64,000 bases of DNA from Gnetum montanum (Eukaryota; Plantae; Gnetophyta), in contig MNCI01002538.1 of assembly GCA_015680685.1 (NCBI GenBank), positions 152,831 through 216,830 on the forward strand, read 5' to 3'. The notes under the pieces were generated by a model. It did not search any database and had not been told where the DNA came from. It saw nothing but the letters and a program-made list of their open reading frames with translations. Both the position numbers and the translations under genes were made by a program. Shown here piece by piece: positions 49,519 through 60,714 of the stretch. Each line of letters opens with the position of its first letter. Position 1 is the stretch's first letter.

Positions 49519-52500
49519 TGTCGATTTCTTTGGATGTAACAAGATTTGAAAGAATGTTCTCCTATAGATTCTTGGCAACCCAATATATTGGATGATGTGG
49601 GCAATGCAATTGAGAATTTTATTTATTTATTTATTTTATAGTTGCGATATCTTTGCGATTCATATGAGTTTTCAGCTCATTTTAAGCTTGTTGGAACGTT
49701 TGCTCTACAATATCTAAGTTTGTAAACTTTTAGTTTAATTGAAATTTATTTAATAATTCAAATCTATCCCAAAAAAGGATCTTGAATAAAATTGTTCAAC
49801 ATCTAGAATAGAAATTAGTGATTTGCATAATGAATATCTTTGCGATATGAGAGAGTTATGGAGAGAGTGAATACTTGATAGAAAGCTCTTTCAACAATAT
49901 ACTTGCCTAAAAACTTTGGAATTGATTTGATTGTTAAAATCTATAACACAAAAGTGGCCTCGAATGGGATTATTCAACTTCTTAGATTAATGAAATGGTG
50001 AATATGATGAATTCATCAAGAATGTGTTTGTTCTAGTATGCACATTGGAGACTATTAACCTACTCATCTAAATGCCCATTTTGTGGTTTAGAAGCAAGAC
50101 AAAGAAACAAATTTAGAAAGCCCAAAGTCAAGGTAATAGAAGGCAATATCTACCTATGGAAATATAGTAAATGTACATAGTCAAAGCTCAAACCTTAAAA
50201 AGATAGATCAACTAAAGCCAAAATAGCTTTTTTTCTTAAATAGGGACCAAAGCTATGTAATTTATATTTGAATTATTATGTCACATAAGATAAGATAGGA
50301 AATTATATTATTTTTAATTTTATTAAAATATTGATGAGGTGATGTATTTAGAGAATGACTTCAATCTCTCACGTATCTTGAATTTTCAGCCCAAATTTTC
50401 ATAAAATAAGTTTGTTCTATCATATTCTATTATGATCCCATCATTTGGCTATAAATATATGAGAAAATTATGTTCATAAGTGAAGCAATTGCACAATTGA
50501 TCTATAATCCCATATCCTATTTATCATCTACAATCCCATTTACAATTTCACAATTTATCCCATTACAAGTTCATCCATCCTCAATTTTTCATATTCATCA
50601 ATTCTCATTAATCAAAGAAGCTGAAAATCATAATCAGAGCCACTTTTGTGTAATAACTTTTAACAATCAAATTAACTCAAATAATTTACAAACATTGTAG
50701 TAGGTATATTGTTGAAAGAGCTTTGTATCGAGTATTCATTCACTCCATAACTCTCTTGGATCACAGAGATATTCCTTTTGAAAATCAACAATTTCTATTT
50801 TAGATGTTGAATAGTTTAATTCCTTATTCATTTTTTGTGCCAAATTTGAATCATCAAATAAATTCAAATTAATCTAAAATTTTACAAACTAATAGATTTC
50901 AATACATGCTTTCTAACAAACCTAAGATTAGCCCAAAAATCATCCCAATCGCAAAGATCTTACAATTATAAAATTAGAAAAAAACTTAGTTTTTCTTAGT
51001 TGAGCCACCCACATTATTCAATATCTTAGGCTTCCAAAAATATGCAAAATAAAAAAAATTCTTTTGAATATTCCTACATCCAAACAAATCTACAATTGAT
51101 ATGAGAGCAAAAGATGAAGCCATGGGAGATACAATTAAGAATTTTCTAACATGTTCAAAAATTTATGATGGTACTCAATTTTAAATCATAACACAGGAAC
51201 TATTATATCATAATGATGTTTGGAGTATTATGGACAAAAGCAATGAAATTCCTAAAACAATGAATAAAAATCTAAGAAAGAAATTCCAAAAAATAATAAA
51301 AAAGAAAGAAATGGCAAAAGGCATTATATGCAATTCTCTATATGAAAGAATCAAAAATGTAATTTCAAAATTGAAGAATAGTAAGAAAATGTTGCAATTC
51401 ATCCAAGAAAATATAAAGACAAGGACACAATTTAAACAACAATAGAAACTATAAACAATCAAGGAAGGAAAACTCATACTCAAAAAACCAAGAAGAATGC
51501 AAATAAGGATAAATCATAAAGTTCACAACACAAAAATTCAAAAAAGAAGCAAAGCAAGAAGTCAAAAATTGAAGGAGGGCCAACACCATCAAAAAATAAA
51601 CAATCATTGTTTCCTACATTTTACCATTCAAATAAGAAAATTTCTTCAAGCAAGTGGCTACTGAAAATAGATTGTGGAAATCACAACTTCAAGAATCAAT
51701 GACTTTACTAATTTATCATTTGAAAGAGGCCTTAGAAAACTATAATTGAGGATGGTAGAGAACTTCAAATTCTTGGAAAAGGTACAATAAATATCAATAT
51801 GAAATATGGAAATTATTTTAAAATGAGAAATTTACTTTATGTTCCAAATCTTGAAAAATCCTTCCTATTACTTTGCCAATTAACAAATGATGATGATAAA
51901 TTAGTATTTGATAAAAACACATGCATCATTTATTATAAAAACAATATAAAAGCCAAATTTGATATGTTTGGGAATCAAATTTGTTGCCTACAAATAGCTT
52001 CAAAGTCAAAGAATTCAAGACAGAAAAAATCAAAAGATGCCTCCAAAAACTGAAAAGAAAATTGAAGAAATAAAAGACCTAGAACACTTCCTACACAATT
52101 TATTCAAAGAAGAAAAGCAAGTTGTTAATGCCACAATATCAAAGATTGAAGAAGTACATAAAGAAAGAAAAAAATGTTGACTCACCTCTATCAAATTCAA
52201 AAGAAGGCAAAGAAGTTCCAACCACCTTACTAAAGTATTAAAAAAAGAAAGAAGACAATTAAAAATAAGAAACAACTACTAAAGTTCAAAATCATCATAT
52301 TGAAGTTCAACCAAGGAGAACAATAATAAAAGACATAAAAAAAGTTTCAAAATAATTGAAGATTAGTTAAATTCAAAGACATCCTACAAAAACTCCAAAG
52401 TGCATTCTAAAGGAGGGATCGTTGGTTCTAGTATGCACTTTGGAAACTCTTACTCCACTCATTCTAAATGTCCATATTGTGGTTTAGAAGCAAGNCTGAG

Positions 52501-53438
52501 GGTATATTGTTGAAAGATCTTTGTATCAAGTATTCACTCCCTCCATAACTCTCTCAGCTCATAAGATATTCATCTTACAAAGTAGCAATTTTTATTCTAG
52601 ATGTTGAACTATTGAATTCAAGACCTCTTCTTTGGGGCTAGACCTAAATGATCAAATATAATATAATTTATCTAAGATTTTATAGGCTTATAGATTGTAG
52701 AACAAGCTTTCAAACAAGCCCAAGATATGCACAAAACTCTTTCAAATTGAAAAGATATCTCAACTACAAAATTGAAAAAATCAAATTTTCTTAGTTAGGC
52801 CACCCACATTTTTTGATTTATTGAGCTACCAAAACTCTACAAATTAAAATATTCTTTCAAATCTTCTTACATCTCAAAAAACCTACAGTATGATGAAAGT
52901 TATTGGAGTGGAAAATTTCCTAACATAAACTATCTTATTGTTGTAGCATCAAATCACCTCAATAGCATCAATTACATTGCTTACAAACATGATTTGCCCA
53001 CTTATTTATAGCCAAATAATGTGCTATAATAAAATATAATAGGACAAGGGTATTTTATGGAAAATTGGACTAGAAATTCAAAAGACATGAGAGATTGGGG
53101 TCATTCTTTACTTACACTCACCTATCAATCTTTTAATAAAAATAAAAATAATAGAATTTCATATCTTATCTTATTTGGCATAATAATTCAAATATAAATT
53201 ATATGGATTTGGTCTCTATTGTACAAAAAAATTATTTTGGATTCACTTGATTTTTGTCTTCTCTTGAGATTTAATCTTTGACTCTGTGCTTTTATTATAT
53301 TTCCATCTATAGATATGGACTTTTATTACCTTGAATTTAGAATTGATAAATTCGTTTCTTTGTCTTGCTTCTAAACTACAACATGATCATTTAAAATAAT
53401 CGAAATAAGAGTTTCCAAAGTTTATGCTAGAATGAACA
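49519..53438 (-). mobile_element. Copia-type solo LTR split by a same-family element
   Basis: TG...CA ends with exact TSD ATTTA (49514-49518, 53439-53443). The two halves are reverse complements of parts of the LTR at 50025-51094. Confidence 0.85.
50025..52887 (+). mobile_element. Non-autonomous Copia derivative (gag/protease remnant only)
   Basis: 5' LTR 50025-51094, PBS TGATATGAGAGC, protease-like GKGTINI..LLYVPNLEKSFL, PPT AAGGAGGGA. 3' LTR 52420-52887 is shortened at the N at 52495. TSD GAATG/GTATG. Confidence 0.82.
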
Positions 53439-53496
53439 ATTTATACATAAGCATGCAATTTTAATCATTCTGAAATGGACTATATATCATGATTTG

Positions 53497-53613
53497 AAAG
53501 CTCTAAGTCATGGGTTTGATTAAGATGGGCAATGTTGAATTACAATGTTTTAATTGGACTATATATCTTGGGTTGTACCTATATTACAATTCTTTTAGAG
53601 TTCCAACACCTCT
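53497..53613 (+). repeat. Short dispersed tRNA-like repeat, copy 2
   Basis: Matches 29160-29301. Confidence 0.5.
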
Positions 53614-55046
53614 CTAGTCATTTGTATATAGACTCTAGATTCTAATATTCAATTGGAAGAATATTCTAAAGTTTCATGTTTTGTTGAGTTACTTAATCTT
53701 CTATTAATTTTTCAGGAAGTTGAGTAGGAATTTGTCAATCTTCTTAGTCCCATTAAGCATATGAAATCTATTTCTATGTCATTCTGTTTTCATAGATGTT
53801 TTTTTTTTTTACTGAAATCAATTTTCTTAATTTCAAAAAGGAATTGGTATTACAAGCATGTTGAAAATTGTATATTCAACAAATTACATATATTATCTTC
53901 CTAATTATGGCAACTTTTACCATTGTCAAGGATATTTTTTTTATGTTTATATTCTTTTTGCTAAGAAAATGTGAAGAAAGAAAAAACATGTTGAAGTTGA
54001 AGATAGAAAAAATAATCTAAAGTTAAAGAAATAAAAAATCTAGTTAATGTCAATAATAAGAATGATCAAATAGCAATAAATAATCTACAAATGACATAAG
54101 ATTTTGTGAATGGTTTTACTTGTACTAGAAGAAGTATTGATCAATCTAAACATATAGCTTGTAAGGCAAATTTTTCCTTATCTGATAAGAATTTTATTAA
54201 CTCAAGACTAAAACTAGTATTGACAAGAAGATTATAGCTGATAGTAAAGTTTCTTGGCATAAGAATAATATTAAGCAATAAGGTGTATGTTATCTAGAAG
54301 TTATGTAATCATTTTCTCGTGAATCTAACTTTGATACAAATATTGGTATTAAGTTGTAGCTTTCTATCTTGAATCTTTTTCCTATTTTAAGTTCAAGTAT
54401 GGAAGTTGAAAGTGATGTAAATATTATTAGGATTGGGAACTTCCTTCCTACTAATAATTAATTTTCTTCATTTGATTTTTCAGAGCATCAATTATAAGGT
54501 TGTACACCTAAGTAGGCATTAGCCATTCAAGAGGGTCCACAAATGTAATAAATTTCAAAGGGTCTATGAACATTAGAAAATAAGCTAAATTACTTGAACT
54601 ATCAATCATTGGCATTTTAGACATTGAGTAGTTCCCATACAATCCAAAAACTAAAAATTGTGGCTTCAGTGGTTAACTAATTATCTTGTTTGGCAAGAGT
54701 TTGTTAATTCAATTTAAACTTAAGGCATGATTATATTTCTCCATAATTGTCCTAATGTATCCTATTAGGGTGTACTTGTCATTATTCTTTTAAGTTCAAA
54801 CCCCACAATGCCCCCTTTACCCTACTACATCCACCCTACAAGGAAATTGTTTTTTCTTTTTGGTTTATTTTTTAAATGAATGTATAATATACTACTATCA
54901 CATGTTCAAGTAGTTAGTTCATTATTTGATAGAGATTTGTAAGCATGTAGTTGAAGATTTGAGTTATACATGAGGCATTGTTATTTGGAAGGAGGTGTTG
55001 AAACTAAAATTTTCTAAGAAATATTTACTCCTAAATATGAATTATA

Positions 55047-55191
55047 GGGAGGTGTTGGAAATCGAAATAAGTAAGACATAGGTAACACCCCAAGATATAT
55101 AGTCTTGTTAGAACTTTATATAACTCAACATTGCCCCTAGAATTGAATCCATGACCTGGAGCTTCTAAATCAAGTGTTTCACTACTAAGCT
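55047..55191 (-). repeat. Short dispersed tRNA-like repeat, copy 3
   Basis: Minus strand AGCTTAGTAGT (A-box-like) ... GGATTCAATTC (B-box-like) ... GACTATATATCTTGGGGTG ... TTCCAACACCTCCC. Confidence 0.55.
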
Positions 55192-56224
55192 TACACTTCA
55201 TTGTTCAAATTTGATTTATAATTCAACATTATCCACCAAAATCAAACCTATTAACTTTTTTTTAACAATATTTACACGTACACCTAGGGTATAGCGCAAT
55301 GGTCAAAACACTTATCTCTTGGTTAGGTAGGGGTTGTGCTACAAGCTTCGATGTCACTTTTATTTTTTAAAAAATAATATTTACCCTCATATCATAAAGT
55401 CTTACCAATAAAATCAAGCTTTAAAATCAAAAGTCTTACCACTAGGCTTATTTCTTCTTCTTTAAATTTTTCTTGACTCTTTGAATTAGATAATTATTGA
55501 TGTTTACATGATTAGCCACCCTATAAATAGCATCAGCTTTGGTATTGTGGGGAAGCCAGAATTTGAAAATAGTAGAGGTAACATTTCATAAACATATGTT
55601 ATACCCACTAGAGTGTCTAGGAATGTTAATGTCGATGCTACATCCTCAAAAAGACACTAGGGTTGAAAGGACCAAAAAAGGGTCCGAAGCAGGGTGGTGT
55701 TGGTTTTGGAATTGGATCCTGGGGAAACTAGCAGGCCGATGCAAAATACATTTACTTTTTTCAGAAAAGCCGGTTAAATTTAAAGCATGTATATTTTTAC
55801 TGTCGAATAAATAAATTCAGAAGATGTAGCGATTTCATAAAATATCAATTAATCGGTTATATTTTAACGTGAAATTTTTTCACATCCAAATCTGATTGAT
55901 CCATATTATGGCACCAACGTAATGATAACATAGAAGCATGATCTATTGCAGTTTGGAAGTTCTGGGATTCAGCTATGCTTGCATATGGAATCAAAATAAA
56001 TTTCCATTTTATTTAGCCACTACAGGTTATAGGCTTTCAGCATCCGCGACCCTATTTCTGCGACATTGTTTCTTATTTAAATTATTGTTTAATTTTTAAA
56101 TAAAGTCCTGAGGCCAACCTTACCCATGCTACGCATAGGGCCTTGACCAACAGTGATAACATGTTGCACTTTAAATTAGTTGCAAGGTTAGATATAAAGT
56201 TGTAGAGGTAATGTTGCCTTGAAC

Positions 56225-57350
56225 TTGATGTGTAAACCTCCATTGAGATGCTTTTGAGTTCATATAGTATTTGAATTTACATGGTGACTTTTTTGTGCTC
56301 ATCCTTATTACCACCGGTAACATGTGCCATCCATTTTCTATATCAAAAGTTGTTATTGACTGTTTCAAATGTCAAAAATTGGTGGTGGCAGTTTTCCACG
56401 TGGCTTTTGGCATGGCAAAGGCAGTTGGCGGTTGACAGTTTAGGATTAGGGTTTCTCCCGCAGTGCCGCTATGAAGAGGGAGGGCAGCAAGAAAGAAACA
56501 GAGAGGTGGGAATTGGCAACAGGGTTTGGTTGCTAATTTTTCTTTTTGAAATGTGTACCGGCTGGCAACGCATGTCGATGAACAGTTGTTTTATTTTATT
56601 CTTCTGTTTTCTCTGCCCACATGCAACCCATCTTTTAACCTCTTGTTGCTGCAGACGGTGGCCCTCTCTCTCGACGCTAGGGTCTTCGGCAGTCTTCTCT
56701 CTTTTGTCGATAGGTGGTAGAACATGGTAGGAGCGTGAAATGTGCAGCAAACATCAACAACAGTTGCAGGTAGATTGCAGATGATAGAGTGCATGTGTTG
56801 CAGCAGCAATTGCTGAAGGATGGTTGTTTTGTTCAGATTGAAACAGACACGTTTTCTTTCATGTTTTCTTTTCTGCCCACGCGGCAGAGACCAATGCCCA
56901 ATAGTGGCGGTGCCAGCGCGGTCACAGGTATATTTGACACCGGGCAGTGATCAGGGGCCACGTATATTCAACACCGGGCAGTGATCAAGGGCCTCTTCAG
57001 GGATGTCTAGCCTCTGTGTGGTTGGATCTTCCTTTTGCTTAGAGCACCAGATAAATTTAAATTTAAATTTTAATTTGAATTTTTATTTTGTGTTATTTAT
57101 TTTACTCAAAAACTACACAAATGTTTAATTTTGATTTTTATATGTTTTTTGAACATAACAAAACGCTCCTAAAACTAAATTTAAGTTTCAATATTGTGTT
57201 TAAAATATTATTATTATTGTTTTGTCACATAACTCTTTCCAGCTGAGACTCTTCCCAGGTTTCCGTACCCATATGGGAGGCACTCTCAGCAATAGTTTCC
57301 TAAAACAAGTTTTCATAAGTGTTCACGTGTCCAAAATTTACACATCAACA
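56225..57350 (+). mobile_element. Probable Tat-like solo LTR
   Basis: 57240-57350 is homologous to the U5 end at 32310-32423 and ends CATCAACA. TTGATGTGTAAA at 56225 is the inverse of that terminus. The left end is uncertain and no TSD was found. Confidence 0.6.
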
Positions 57351-57935
57351 CTCACTTAACAAGAATGAAGAAAATCTAACGAAAAGCTCCAAAGAGGTGC
57401 GTCTACCCGTATCCTTGAGGGCCATGCAATCTGCCTAAGTACTCAACCTACATCAGGATACATAGATTTGAAATGACATGAAAACACGTTTGATCATAAT
57501 ACCTCTGTAACATATCAATTAACTTATGTGCATGGAGAAGCCATCTCAAATTTGCAATTTTAGACTCATGGAATGCAATCTCCTTCACATGTATACATGA
57601 CAATTCCAGATTTTAGCATTTACATTTTGCTTGTTGAAATTAGCAATTTATTGCCAAAGAGCAGAGTCATCAAAACAATTGTCAAAGAGCAGAATCATCA
57701 AAACAATTGTCCCTGCATTGCTCATACTTGTAGAGCAATGATGACAACATAATGCAGTTGATTATTGTCAATATCAATTGACATTTGTAGTAGGAAGATG
57801 AATATTTTGGTTATTATCATACACATAAATATAGCCATCAAGAATAAGCCAGCAGATAATTTACAGCTTTTGAAGCAACGTACAATATTACAAAATGGTA
57901 AGAGAGCAGAGAACTGTTGAACTTTTATCTCCTGC

Positions 57936-60714
57936 TCAAGCTGATTTAACAGCAGCAAACCTCTCAACTATCTCACCTCCAACATCAGCACTAGCCTTTG
58001 GAGTATCTTCCTCACTGGGTGGTACAAGTTGCCAAAACAAAGGTAAATACTTGTCCCACTCCTTTAGAATGGCAGCTCCTTTACCACTTCCGGTTTTGAT
58101 CTGCATGACAATTTCAAAAAAAGACTTTTCACCCGTTATTATTACAATTTTTAAAAGGAGCAATGACACATTCTAACTGAAGCATCATCTTTGACTCGCA
58201 ATATATTACCACATGAACTTCAATCAGCTGCTTAAGTTGTAACTGACGCACAGGTGCAACAACTCTTTCCAGCTTAACTATCTCTTTGTTAATCTGCAAT
58301 AAATGCATTATGGAACCCTCACTATATGAATTAAATCAAAAATGCCTACACGTTAAAGCCTTGAACTTTTTGAAACATGCAGACAACACGTTGCGTTCAT
58401 ATGAAAGCTTTCATGTTTGAAGGAATGCGCTTGCATTTTACCCCATCTTCAGGGCAATTTTTCGTTTGAACTTTGGACTTCATTAAGGAACAAATGCCAA
58501 ACACAAATCCGAATCTCTCTCTATGCATCTACATGTCTTTGGATAATCAAAATTGAAATCTTCACCGTTGTCTTGCAAATTTCCATGTTAAAATTGTTAG
58601 GATGTAAAACTAGCTTTATATAAATATCTCAGATGGCATCAACCATCTAATGCCCCTTTGTACCAACTTTACTAAACGGTTTTCGTCAATCTGACAACTA
58701 TGATTCTCTAGCAACTAGAAGGAAAGCAATCCTTCCTCATCTCCATACTGTCAGATAAAGTTAGCATGTGTTTGCTGTCAGGTAAATGTTTTTAATCAAA
58801 GTGAAACCTGAGATAACACTTTGCTTATTATACATAAGAAAACTAAGAAGACAAATCTTTGTGAGAGAAATTTCTTGTACCAACAAAGTTTCAGAACTGT
58901 AGAAAAGCTCCCATACATGATCCCTATTCCTGTAAAGTACCCGAAACTATGATAAAACGCTACAACAAAGCATAATGCCATTAACAAACAGTATTGTCTT
59001 CATCTAATATATGCTACACCACCTGTCATACCCGCTGCAACGTTACAACCAACTCTGAACCAGAAAGTAGTTCCAATATCAAAAAATTGCAAATCAAAGA
59101 TATCTCAATAGACAAAGTAAACAGGATAATTCAAACATGACTTACTTTCCAAGGACAGCAACACAACCTCCAGTCATGTACTCATAGCAGTGATCACCTG
59201 TACCTTCAACGACAGCTTCTGCCAGAGAGTTTCTCACTGCAAACCTTTCACTAGCTTTAGCACGAACAAATAAACGACCACGAGTTGCCCCATACAGGCA
59301 TGTATTCTCAACAATTGTAGTTTCTTCACTAGGCGCTATGACAAGTTCTCCACCTACCATACCCTGAAATACATAACCGTGGCCGTCAGAACAGCAAAAT
59401 TGTAGTAAATAATATCATGGAGTGTAATAATCCTACCTTTCCCACATAGCCATTTCCCTCGCCCACAAGTCTAATATTCATTCAAGGAGTAAGAAAACAC
59501 CCAAATGACTGTCCTGCACTTCCAACAAATCTGTAATAAACCAAAGATTATTATAAGATCGGTTACTAGCTATTCTTCATTTAATTCAAATTACCCAGCA
59601 AGAAAAAAAAACACCCTTACGTGATGTCAAGTAGGCCTGCAAAACCCGTATCTCCATATTTCTTAGCAATTACACCAGCAACTCGTCCACAGACAGCACG
59701 GTCAATATTGTAAATCTTGAAAATCATTTTTACCTCCTCATTTTCAATGGCATCAGAAATCTGTTGAGAACATTGGATGAACGTGAGATTTTAATTATAT
59801 GAAATAGAAATGAAGAAACACCAGTTCACAGTAGTTTAGGATGTCCATACTATATAATGTATAATGCATTTTACAATAAAATTTAAAATAAATAAAATGA
59901 TTTTACCTGTGGATCTGCCAGTATAATGTCATCAAGTACAGGTCCGTTTGTATGAACAGGCTGCCTTATTATATCAGAGCTCCTCATTTTTGGTCGTCCA
60001 GCACTCTGAATATAAAACATAGATATTTCAGATACTTACAAGTATCAATGTAATACCCATCAAACATTATGTTTGAATAAAGTGCAGCATACAGAAAGAG
60101 TGAAGCTGAGGTCAAGTTACTAGGTCTTCATTAGGGATATTATATGCCTTGGCGTCAAAAGGTCTGCTCTTCCTTCAATGTCATCGAACTTTTCATAACC
60201 AAGATGTGCAAGGATACTTCTATCCGGTAAGATAAAAGAACTTTCAAAACATTGAAATCAAACAAGACCAGATTTTCCAAGACAGTTCAAGACGTCTCCA
60301 TCATTCATTATAACGTGAAAGAAGCAGATGGAAGATTACTTGTGTCATCTTTCTCCAGTTCAGGCAATTAAGATGGAAAATGAAAATTAATCTCAATCTG
60401 AATATGCAATAATTAAGTCAAGAAATAACACAAAAGGAAGACACTCACCTCTTCTGCAACAAACAGAAAGAAATTCATCAAGTCTCGAAGCACACCTAAA
60501 AATCGAGCTCATAATTCCTCTCTCTGTTTGTAACAGCAGCACATCACGAGACATCCACAACCATTTCACATAAAATGTGGGTATAAATACATGAACTGTA
60601 CCTTGCTACTGACACCAATGGGATAATTATTTGTATGACAAATTCTTGCCATGATACATCCTGTTGCAATCATAGCAACTGAACCAAAACCATACTTGTT
60701 TGCACCCATGCAAT
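57936..60714 (-). pseudogene. GLU1: Ferredoxin-dependent glutamate synthase (Fd-GOGAT, GLU1/GLU2-like) pseudogene, 3' ten exons
   Basis: Exons 60714-60602 ([23 protein letters not shown]), 60523-60449, ~60224-60093, 60005-59907, 59760-59621 ([10 protein letters not shown]), 59530-59437 (GSAGQSFGCF), 59363-59146 ([20 protein letters not shown]), 59054-~58985, 58293-58210, 58100-57936 ([20 protein letters not shown]). Mostly GT-AG introns, several in-frame stops and a frameshift. Confidence 0.93.

Noticed and set aside
53850-54950. Possible decayed LINE or other TE coding remnant
   Set aside because: No diagnostic motif could be read in any frame.
55280-55360. tRNA gene (TAGCGCAATGGT A-box-like)
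   Set aside because: No convincing cloverleaf or B-box. At most a decayed SINE.
56281-56809. Overlapping ORFs as a host gene
   Set aside because: They lie in a probable solo LTR with no recognisable domain. The 34-bp tandem duplication at ~56928-56993 is ordinary LTR variation.
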